Source: Azolla caroliniana (lineage: Eukaryota; Plantae; Polypodiophyta). Taken from it: a stretch of 64,000 nucleotides of DNA. The position numbers were made by a program, and so were the translations under genes. The notes beneath the pieces were generated by a model. That model was given only the letters and a program-made list of their open reading frames with translations, had not been told where the DNA came from and did not search any database. Below, piece by piece: positions 48,751 through 60,049 of this stretch. How positions within the stretch are numbered: the first letter of the stretch is position 1; every line of letters begins with the position of its first letter. The stretch lies in contig JBHGNT010000010.1 of the NCBI GenBank assembly GCA_043228905.1, positions 3,596,001-3,660,000 of the forward strand. The letters run 5' to 3'.

Positions 48751-49380
48751 AGCGAGTTTAGATTATCATAAACACTATTTCAACTTTAGTGATCTTGCTT
48801 CTCCTTATTATCCTCCATTCATCTCACATTGGAAGTTGTCTAGCATCTATGACAAGATGATACACCACCAAATTCCATCCAAGTTCTTGTGGGAGTGACT
48901 TCGAGTAAACAAAAGTTCTAACTTAGAATCACCAACCTTTTGTGGACCCAATATGAGAGAGAGTTTTCTACAATGTATTGCATATCAAGCATGTGGAAGA
49001 TGGTGAATTTGAACTATGACGCTACATATATATAGCTATGATGGCTTATATATGGCAATCCATCATTTCTTTTTAAAATGCTCGTTGGGTATTTAAACTT
49101 TCACAATGTCTCATTTGAACCTTCATAGTGATATTTATTAAGGCTCAATTTATAATAAAACAACATCAAGCCATTTTTATCGTTGACAATAAATGCATAT
49201 CAAGGGAGTAACATAAGTTACGTCATAATAGAAGTTAATCATTTATATGGAGCAATAATGCTTGCTTGGTATACATATTTTACAAGAGGACTACCCAAAT
49301 TTAATGCCAACATATGATACTAGTGTTACATAAATTTCTACAAACACAATGTATTAGTAGAATCAATAAATTTATGTATA

Positions 49381-49515
49381 CTAGTATCGAACAGTATCCA
49401 CATGTAAATGTGCTGTCATATTAAGACATTGTAACATAGGCTCTCCTTTTTCATTTACTTTAAATGAAGATATTCCTCCATTGTTTACATCAACGGCTCG
49501 AAACCTACACAAAAT

Positions 49516-49548
<33 letters not shown>

Positions 49549-52500
49549 CCTAAACAAGTTCGAGAGTCTAAGCATCACACTTTGATACAATGCTCTGCCT
49601 TTGATCATATATTCGAAATGCTTTCTACACATCTTGCCCCAAATGCAATCCTTGCACGAATTTCTCTCACAATCACACAATGTGCACTCTCAATTGCAAC
49701 ATTCATTGGTAAGTTCTTGAACATCGAGAGTCACTACTCACTTTCACATGTATTATGTGAAATGTAACAATTTTGGTCTCATAGGTCATATTTGACCTCC
49801 AAAGACGATAGTAGAATCTATCTATCTATCTATTTCTCTTACACATACGCACACACATATTGATACAATACTCTTATCTTTCATTACATTCAACTATGCT
49901 TTCCACAAATCTTCAACCAAGCCCAATCCTCGCACAATCACAATGTGCACTCCCAAAAGAAAATTCCATTAATAAAGTGCATGAACATTGAGAGTGACTA
50001 CTCACTGTCACGTGTATTATGTGAAAACATTATATTTTTAGTCTTATAGATCATATTTGACCTCCAAAGACGATAATAAAATCTCTCTCTCCCTTACTCT
50101 CTCATTTGCTTTCCACACATTATCAATATGGTCCATTGCTTACACACATTCCTCTCACAATCACAATGTGCAATCTCAATTGCAATGTTGAAGGAACGTC
50201 CTCCAACAAAGGAACTATTGATTGGCCACAAACTTGCCAAACTTTATACATTGATACTTGCCATCATGTTGTCATAGCATTCAGACAAAAAATTCGAGCC
50301 AAGTAGTTCAAGTAGTTCACGTGAAGGAACCCTATCTTTAAATGTGAACTTCTCCAAGTCTTCATGTTTCAAGAGCTTGTTTGGATTCACAAGACATTTG
50401 ACATCTGTGGCAAACAAGTCAGAGTTTGTCTCAACAATAATAGTGTTCATCATTGAGCCATCCACAAGGAGGGTGTAGAGGTTTAAGAAGTGATTGCGCT
50501 TGCTCACCGTAGTTCTCATACTCTGGTCAAAGAGAAAATTCCATATGGCAAGAAAAGATGTCCTCTTTACCTTGCTAGAATCCTGATAAGAACAAGATTT
50601 CGAAGTCACACGGCATGGGCAGTACTCAGAACTCATATTGTCACATGAGGGCCTTGGTCAGAGTTGTTGATTCATTGAGATTGAACAAGAGATTCTCGAC
50701 ATCACTCTATAGTTCACAGTGGAAACAGTCAAGAAGTGCTTGCTTGTCCTAGTCAACATCACAAGCAAGTTAGCAAAACTTTGATGCATAAGTCACATTT
50801 ATTCAAGACATGGGCAGTACTTGAACAACAGATTATCACACTGACAGTTTGAGGACGGTCTCATTCAGAGTAGTCAATTTTATTCTTGACGTCACTCTTG
50901 AATTCATGGTGAAACTGGTTAACGACTGGTTGCTCATCCAAGTTGACCTCACAAGCGAGTTAGCAAAAGTTTGATGCATAAATCAAAGTTGTCTGAGAGC
51001 CTAGTAGATCGTAAAGTTTGTTAACCGAGGTCCAACCTTCGTCAAAGTTACCAAAAATGGCTTCGAACTCCACGCAAATGCAGAGTAATCTTTAATTGGA
51101 GAGGACCGTGCAAACCAAGCTTGTGTTGATTCCATTGGATGTGCACAGGTTGGAGGAACCAAAGTTTCTGCACACCAAACATGGTGGATTGGAACTCGTA
51201 TAAGGAATCTTGAGCAAATGTTGTATTTTTATGTTGTGAGTGTGGAAGATCGGCCATTATTTGGCTAACAAGGTTGCTTGTAGCTCAAGAATACCAAATT
51301 CTCAAAGACACCAGAGGATCCGGGGAGAGGATTAGGGCATATGGGTAGAGATCAATCAAGAGGATGACAAGATGAATGTACTAGAGGATGAACAGTGGTT
51401 CAAACAAGAGGATGAGTGGAATAGAAGATGGTGTGGGATAAGATGATAGATTGAGGGTATAGGTGGATGAGGATGAGTGGATTCATACGAGATGAATCAA
51501 AGGAGCAGACTTAATTAAATGCGTTGAATTGGATGAGATGAGGAACCTAAGTGCAGACCAAGAGCTTGACACAAAAGGCGAGAGGGAACAAGGGGAGATG
51601 AGAACTAAACAACACAATGAGACAAATGACAAAACAATGAATAGCGTCCGAAGACTAGTGTTAATCTACTTGAGATCAAGTGGGGGGGAACTCCCTTTTA
51701 TAATAACTCATCGAGAATCGTACAGTTGTAAAGTCCAAAGAGGCTGCATGCATAGCTCATACATTGTACGTATGTAATGTATAAAACAGGATTCTCCCTT
51801 AATTCCTCTAAAGTAATCTACTTGAGATCAAGTGGGGGGAACTCCCTTTTATAATACCTCATCGAGAATCGTACAGTTGTAAAGTTCAAGGAGGCTGCAT
51901 GCATAGCTCATACATTGTACATATGTAATGCATAAAACAGGATTCTCCCTTAATTCCTCTAAAGTAATCTACTTGAGATCAAGTGGGGGGAACTCCCTTT
52001 TATAATACCTCATCGAGAATCGTACAGTTGTAAAGTCCAAAGAGGCTGCATGCATAGCTCATACATTGTACATATGTAATGTATAAAACAGGATTCTCCC
52101 TTAATTCCTCTAAAGTAGATCAACACCAGTCCTAGGATGTTCTCATTGTTTGCCTTCTATCTTGTTGCTTTGTCTAGATCTCTTCACCCATTGTGTTGCC
52201 TCTCATCTCTCACCTCAGGCCCTTCAAGTGTACTTAGACCCTTTGCCTCTTTTGACTCTACTTGTCCAATTCTGTTGCTCCAATTCTTTTGGTCTAAATC
52301 CTCCCAATCAATTCCACCCATCCGCTCATTCCTCAACTTCACCCATGAACCTTCTCATCTGATATCCCACTCATCCCCTCATCCGCATATCATCTAGTTT
52401 GGTCTTCCAAGATGGGACATGTCCAAGATTTTAAGGATTTATTAACCAGGAGTAATTTATCATCAAACTCCAACCTTGGTGTTACCTTGCTGCCTTCAAG

Positions 52501-55500
52501 CAGGATGTCTAATCAGCATCTTCATGAATGGGCTGTCGTAAGCTTGGTTTACAACATTGATAAAGATTTCCTCATTTATCACAGCAGATAATACACCTTT
52601 CTTGCCAAGTTTAAAGCCACTTTTGGTGGGTTTGGTAATTTTAAACCTCGGTTAACAATCTTTATAGCCTACAACAAGAATCTTCGGCACCTTCATTGTA
52701 CATATGATGTTCTGCTAGCTTGTTTGTCATGTCAATTGGACAAGCACGCATTCCTTGATCAATTCCTCCATGAACTCTGAAGCATTGTGAGGAACCTTTT
52801 GCCCAATTCCAACTAACCTATCACTTTGAGCGAGGCCATCACCCAAATTATGTGTCTTGACATCTAGTTGTTCATGTTGTACCACGTGCAACATTTTGCT
52901 TAATAATATACTTATGTTCTCTTCTTTGCGGATGATCCCACCTTAGTCTGTAGTGATATGATAGAGATCGAGGCTCAAAACCATTGTGCTCTTAAATGAA
53001 TACATAGCTCTTGTCGCAACTTTAATCTTAGCCATAGCTTGCCCAAATAGAAGTTTGTATGAGAGAATCATGATTGAAATTGTGGACAGCTCTCTCTCTC
53101 CCCATTGCTTTTTTAACCAAAACTTTGGCCCACTACAGAAGGTAATGGTAAATGATGACTATGGGTGCTTGGGGTTGTTGCTAGAGCTCAGGAGACACAG
53201 AGAAGTTGTTGAAGGAAAACAATACAACCACACAAGGTCATCAACAAATATTAATCACAACTTTCTTAGGCCCCATCATTCCTACTCACACAACTACCTA
53301 ATCAAGGGGTGCACAACTAGGCTGCCAACCAGGATAGTACAAAGGGATTACAATAGCTATGAAAATAGCAATTTGATGTGCACTCAAGTATTGGCATTGT
53401 GGACCACAATCTCACTATTCTTATCATTCTTTCTTTCTCAAACACACTCTCTTACAAGTGTGCAAGAGTAGTTCAATCAGTATAAAGGCAGTACCCCCCA
53501 TTCCAATAGAGTGACTATATTGAAAAAGAATAGAGTGATCAAATTGGAAAATGAAACAAAATGAATGGATTGCCCCACATCTCTTGGTAAGAAAAAGGTT
53601 CACATGAGACACTATTTTTACATATGTCACAACACAGTTTTATTACCAGGTCTTCTGACATGGAAATACATCTATCTCACACACTGAGTGTGACAGCGCC
53701 GCTCAGGACCTCTTCACATCAGTTAGAAAATTAAGATACGGAAATATGAATGCAAATCTATGGAAGAAAATTGTGCCATGGAGGGATGGAATCAAAAGAG
53801 CACGATGTCTACCATTGTGCTGTTTTTTTATTGCATAAAGATGTATATACCATTGGCTCCTCAAATAAGGCTTTGGCCCACTATGCAAGGTAATGGAATA
53901 TGAAGACCAATGGTGCTTGGGACTACTCTTATTAGAATCAGAGAGAGTATTGAAGAAAAATAAACTGCAAAAGCTCGTCATGACTTGTTATTGCTCCATC
54001 ACTCATTCTACAAGTCAATCGAGGGCTACATAAGGCAGTGTCTCAAACAGAACACTTGAAACAGGTAACAATAGATCAGAAAATACCAATGCATTGTTCA
54101 CATATGCCACAGCCATCTGGTTGATGGCCTGTCACCCTACTCGTCGACAAATAAAGGCTATTATCACCCAGGACAAAGGAGGCGCTTCCCTCACTTCAGA
54201 CATCTCTCTTTATGGACGATAAAAATTTTAATTCTATATTGGACCAGCCCATGTTGGATTTTTTAGGGTAGAAGTTCCAATCTATCTAACTTTAGAATCT
54301 TAAGTGCTTAGACAACTAGAGTCTATGATACCCTATGTTTAATTATATTTATTTTGGTCTCGTTTTTCTCAAAAATGAGACAACATTTTAAGATATAATC
54401 TTCAGTTTGGTCTTATGGGCCATTTTGATGCAAAAACAATGGACTCAACATTGAGAACTTGCCATCCTTTCAATATTGTGAACCGCTCCAAAATGACAAA
54501 CAGGACAAAGTATTGCAGCAAGATAGCAGCTCTATACCCAAAAGACTTGGATCACACCAAGGAAAATTGTTTCCCCATAGATGGCCTCCTAAAAATATCA
54601 TTTTATGAACTTCTCAGAGACTGGATTCATACACCACATTTGAGACATTGCAAGTGCTATCATCTCTCACCATCACAGGTGCTTCCCTCGTTACAGCTAT
54701 CTATACGTTTTGGATCAACCAATGCTAGAGATCCTTCAAACACAAAAATCACAATCTACCTGACTTGAGAATCGTACCTGTATAGTTGAAATGATTCTTT
54801 ATTCACTTTCATTTTATGTACTATTCACTTAGTTACATTTATTTTGGTTCGTTGTCCTCAAAGACAAGGTTATCTCTTGTTTGGTCTCATAGGCCATTAT
54901 GGCCTCTTAAAAGACATTATCTATCTTTCTTTCTTTCTACACATATTCCACCACCATTTGACAAATGGTGGAGAACACTGGCCCACAACACTTTGGCCAA
55001 ATCTTGCTCAACCTTCAAAATCTAGGGAACAATACTTATATTAGCACGCAGGAAGCAACAACAATCGCACATTGCTGATTTTTCCCACAGCTCCACAAAT
55101 CCTCTGAGAACATGTTGAGGTGTTACTGTAGACTTTGTTGAAGAATGCCAACAATAATTTAAACTGTGAGTACTAGGATATAAGGCAGACGGGCTATACC
55201 ATCACAAGATCTAAGAGATCATTGAATGGCATGTTCGATCCCCACAAGGACAGCCAAATGCACTTGCTGAACTTTGTCAGAACCTTGTACCACTGCACCA
55301 ATCAACCTCAGGCAAGATGTTCTATCATCACTACTCAACCCATATGTATTACTTATGTACTTCTTGCTTGTAAACCATCTCTCAAATCATGGTCATGGAG
55401 CTTTAGGAGACCTAGAGTTTTTATTTTTGTTTCAGCATGGATATCATTAATTTACAATATTTGTAGTCATGGTTTGTCTCATAGGATGACTTTCGTTGTA

Positions 55501-58219
55501 GTGAGCTTACCATAGTGGTAGACTGTTAGACTATCAACACAATGTCAATGGTTCATCTTTATTTTCACACGTCTTCTGCTGTACTAGCAATGGGCCCGGT
55601 TTCGGCTCAAACTGAACCGAACAGAAAAACCGTGGCTTAATGGTTTATAGGTTCAAAGATAAATAAACGGTTTGGTTTGGTTTCAAATGTTACTAATCGG
55701 TTTCAGTTTGGTTCGGTTTTGAATTGACCGGTTTATCGGCTTATCGGTTTCTGTTTATGTGGTTCGGTTTATAGGTTTATAGGTTAAAAAATACTCATAA
55801 ATATTCTCTATAGGCTCTAATTTTCAACTTTTAATTTTAAACTCTTGTTTTAACTTATTAAATTTTATATGTATTAGATATAGAGTCTCCTTTTCATTTA
55901 TGATGATCAATTATGATAAGTATGATGATCAAATTTATGATAAGTATAATGATCAAATTTATGATTAGTATGATGACAAAATTTATGATAAGTATGATGA
56001 CAAAATTTATGATAAGTATGATGACAAAATTTATGATGAGTATGATAAATAAATTTAAGATGATTTTCTCACACAAATTTATAATAAGTATGATGATTAA
56101 TATCAATAAAAAATGGTTTGGTTTGGTTTTAAATTTTTCGTAAACGGTTTGGTTTCTCCTATTCTTTAAACGGTTCGGTTTAACGGTTCGATTTAAATGG
56201 CTTCATAAATTTTAAAACAGTTTCGTTCGGTTTTTATTATTAATAAATGGTTTGGTTTGGTTTGGTTTGGTTTCAAGGCCAAGAAACCGAACCGAACCGA
56301 AACCAAACTGGGCCCATTGCTATGATGTACTATACTTCAGTACTCTTGAACTACATGCCCTCCCTCTCTCTATCTTTTTCCCTCGCTTCAGAGATCTCTC
56401 CATTCTGGATCAACCTATGCTATAGAGATCTTTTGAAGACAAAAAATACAATCTATCATCCATGTATAGGTAACAGGATTCTTTAGTCATTTTTATTTTT
56501 ATTTACTTAGTTACAGTTATTTTGGGTTGCTGTTTTCGAAGACGAGACAACATTCTAAAATGTAATCTCTTGTTTGGCTTATAGGCCATTTTGGTCTCTT
56601 AAAAGAGGTTAATATATCTTTCTTTCTTTCTCCCTCGCCTTGGTTCGATTAGTCTTTTGCCACTATATCCAAGTCTGCCAAATGATTTGCATGTCAGTAT
56701 CGCTACGAGCCTCCACCAGAGTTTCCTTTGGCTTCGCCCTACTCCCACCCCCACCCCGCTCTCTTCGCTTCCCCCTCCCCCTCCCCCAATGAGCTAGAGA
56801 ATTTTCCCTCTTACATATGATAGATAAAACAATAGCCTATGACCAAAGGACTAAAACTTCAGACCATTTTTTACCTGTATGGTTCCATACCAAGGGCAGT
56901 ACATATCAGAGCTCGCAATATGGACTTGTGTGTGACGACTAGAATTGATTTCCCCTTCAAGACATCACGATAATATTTAAGTGAACAACTTCAACATTCC
57001 AATCATTAAGAAGAAAGAATAACATAACCATATATAAATGTCAAAGTCCAGAAATGTTTTTCTTTACCTTTGCACTAAGTATTTCATCCCAAGCCTTTCT
57101 TGCTGTATCCCACAAATCAACCACTGGACGCACTCCTTCAACACAGAAGTTGCTTGGGTCTTCCCTCCAACTATTATAAAGATCTGGATATTGCATCTTC
57201 GCGTCCTCTACATGGAAAAAAAGCCAATTGTATATAGATTTAACATATGCAATTAGACAGTATTCCATGAATCCAAACACATATCCACAAACCATTTTTC
57301 ATTCCTTCCAAAAAATGTAGATGTGCTTCCTTAAGTGTATCCAGAAACACCAACTGTCCTTCTCTACCAGCCCAAATCAGCTCAGCAGTTGACTGCCAAT
57401 CATTTGAATCCAGTAGATAATCCATAGTTGCTTTTTTTATAATTCAATAGCCATTCCCTACTCCATGGTTTTTTGTCTGCTCGGTCCTTTTTATATATTC
57501 TCACTTGAAATTTTAAGAACATAAGCATATTCTTTTCTAAGAAGTAAATTCAACACAAGTGCATACCTTTGCTCGCGATATGGGACTTGCAAAGCATTGA
57601 TCAAACTCAATATTTTCTAAAGCCTGCTTACACTTAAGTGCTTGCACAATTCCTTGGTCAGACAAAATTGATAAATCAGAGCTACCCTACAGAAGGAGGA
57701 AAAAAAGCACAATCTCAAAGCATTACCTTTGTACAATTTATTTACATAATTCTCAAATTCACAACTTGATGGCATAGTGGTGAATATTGTGCTTTATAAC
57801 TTTGACATTACAGAATATTTGAAGTCTCAAGCAATGGATTTTGATGTTGAGTTCAATATAAAACCTCTTAAGAAAAATAGTTTTCAAAGATACACACTAG
57901 CAGTTTGCTCCTAAACAAATGGCATTTCGACATTGACATTGACACATTTTCTAAAATATAAAAAGTGGAAAAGACAGCATTGCCCTTGAAAAGACAATGT
58001 TAATGGAACAAATAAACTCATACCTGAATCCTGCTATCTGCATTCCAAGTACTAAGACCGTGTCTCACAAGCACTATGTTTTTAACATTCCCTATATGTC
58101 TTTGCACAAGGGGTTCAGTTGCACCATAGAAATCGAAGGCACCTCCAGTTAATGACGGTAGTTCCAAGGACTCTTTCACACTTATGAAACCTCGACCATT
58201 GCTTCCTTTAAAAAACATG

Positions 58220-58302
<83 letters not shown>

Positions 58303-58314
58303 ATGTATATGCAC

Positions 58315-58373
<59 letters not shown>

Positions 58374-59078
58374 AAGGGTATGATGGGCAAATATAAAATG
58401 GGAAAAACACCAAAACAACCAAAAATTGCAGACGATTAGCATATTAGCCCTCAAGGTTTTGAATTGACCAACCCTAAGGTTAAATTTATGAGAATATCCT
58501 ATGTAATTTTCAAAATATCCGTAAGTTGAAAAAACCCTTAAATTGGAAGGTATTTATCACCAATTATTGTTTTTCATAATTGACCAGAACCCTAAAAAAT
58601 TCACCCAAATGCCCCTAAGTTGGAGAAACCTCGAAACACACCAAACTTGTCCAGTAATTTTTAGAATGCTGTTTCAGAATACACAGGAACATATCTTAGC
58701 TGGCTTTCAAAATTTTACAAGAATACCCCTAACTTTCCAAATTTGATCAGAACGGCCCCTCTGTTAGTATAAAACTAAATACTTATTAAGCTTGGGGTAT
58801 AAAAAAAACTATACAAAGCATAAGGTCAAATTACCTAACTAACTGCGCAGGAAAAGACAGAGAAAACGCTCATTCTGCACATATACAACATAAACATAGC
58901 GTATATATGAACTCAGAATCAAACCTGATGCTGTGGGTTTGTCGATGTGGTTAATGGCTAAGCTCATCTTCTGTTTTCTTCTGGTTGTTCTGGTTTTACT
59001 TGCTCTTGTTGCTCTTGTTGTTCTTGTGAACCCATTATAGAAGGGAAGAACACAGGAAGAATCGATATGCAGAGCCAT
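49381..59078 (-). CDS. Histidine phosphatase / phosphoglycerate-mutase family protein (CA1P-phosphatase-like, single domain, probable plastid transit peptide), 7 exons
   Basis: Exons (minus): 58925-59078, 58024-58205, 57567-57686, 57292-57391, ~57067-57206, 56875-56954, 49381-49504. Catalytic VLVRHGLSTWN..RIQG, ASPISRAK, LKEAHLHFLEG, VVTHKSILRALICTALG; exon 6 (ends AG) joins exon 7 in phase to give RFRAVDVNNGGIS..MLQCLNMTAHL*. Confidence 0.92.
50186..52886. mobile_element. Retroelement-derived cassette with two divergent, decayed Ty3/gypsy gag-like ORFs
   Basis: Minus arm (~51257 to ~50600): EFEAIFGNFDEGWTSVNKLYDL..YASNFC*LACEVN..NQFHHEFKSDVKN, with the second half duplicated. Plus arm (~52412-52870): FLAKFKATFG..LDQFLHEL*SIVRNLLPNSN*PITLSEAITQ. 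Both fit the retrotransposon gag capsid pattern. Candidate TSD TGCAA at 50181-50185 and 52887-52891. Confidence 0.68.
51662..52115. repeat. Three near-identical ~151-bp tandem units, each with two outward-facing TATAAAA boxes
   Basis: Unit starts TAATCTACTTGAGATCAAG at 51662, 51814, 51965; few substitutions between copies. Confidence 0.93.
53100..53980 (+). mobile_element. Two RTE-like LINE 3'-end fragments (~53100-53250 and ~53640-53980)
   Basis: LRTSSHQLE...ESKEHDVYHC...GFGPLCKVMEYEDQWCLGLLLLE, and a second copy FGPLQKVMVNDDYGCLGLLLELRRHRE; matches the C-terminal R.SSH.L.IE / E.E.H...C pattern of non-LTR element ORF2. Confidence 0.62.
55585..56322. mobile_element. hAT-type MITE
   Basis: TIR TAGCAATGGGCCC / GGGCCCATTGCTA; 8-bp TSD TGCTGTAC / TGATGTAC (7 of 8 match); many subterminal AACCG/CGGTT motifs; internal 24-bp minisatellite ATGATAAGTATGATGACAAAATTT at ~55900-56060. 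Confidence 0.9.
56641..56744 (-). pseudogene. Degenerate ~100-bp fragment of cytosolic 26S/28S rRNA
   Basis: TGGTTCGATTAGTCTTT.GCC.CTATA.CCAAGTC...GATTTGCA.GTCAGTATCGCT.CG.GCCTCCACCAGAGTTTCCT.TGGCTTCGCCC is the reverse complement of a conserved LSU rRNA core segment; isolated and mutated. Confidence 0.88.
58222..58370. repeat. Long compound (CT)n/(AT)n microsatellite in PGM intron 1
   Basis: Directly visible runs next to the exon 2 acceptor. Confidence 0.95.
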
Positions 59079-60049
59079 TGATGGAGCATCAATCACATAA
59101 ACTCTGACTGACTGATTGAGACTGTCTCTAACATGTGTATATGTTCATCATCTGGTCCACATGGCACCATATCCTGAGCTTCCCCTGTTTCCTCCTCCCC
59201 ACATACTCTACATACATAGGATGTGTCACAAGTCCTATGCATATGGATTGAGTATTGTGTTAGTTTCACATTCGCTAGGCCGGTAGGCCTCCGATAACAG
59301 GGCCAGAGTGAGTGTTTCCCCAGACACAGAGACACGTATCGGCTCGCGACCAGTGGCCATAACCCCGTTACGTTCCCCCGAATTACCATTTCTTTGTCCT
59401 CCTCCTACTTCCATCGCCCCCGCCCATCTGCTTACCACCCTTGCCCCTGCTCGCGTTTCTATGCGAAAGTTCTGAGGGGAAAACACACTTGTGGTTCTTC
59501 GTAATTAGGACGCATCGACTCTTATTCTCCTTCATGAGTCTGAGTACGAAGCATCCCCTACTCATGGGTGTTTGGGGGTCTTTTGTTGGCGAGAAAGTTG
59601 GGTATTGTCAAGACGAGCAGGTAAAACCATGGATGTACAATGCCTTCTCCCTTTTGTTTCCTGTTTTCTTTAAAAATAGCTTTGGAACAGCCTATACGAT
59701 AACAAATATTATAATATAGAGTGCATTCACTACCTCCCAACCTTTCTACTTAATTAAGCGAAGTCCTGATTATATTTACTACAGATATATACTCATTGTG
59801 ATTTTCAAGCCTTGGTTGTAGGATAGAGGAAACAAAGAAACAACAATATTAAATGAGAAAATCATTAAAAAGTCCCTTTATCTCATGATAGTTGAGTGAC
59901 TCGTTCCATTTTATTGGGGATGTTTATGTAAAGGATAAAGTATATTATATCCATATAATTGCACTTTGAGCTCTTTTGACTGTTAATCCTAGCTACTTAG
60001 TGTTTGCTCTCCATTATGTACATGAGCATAAAATTTCGTGTGTATGTTA

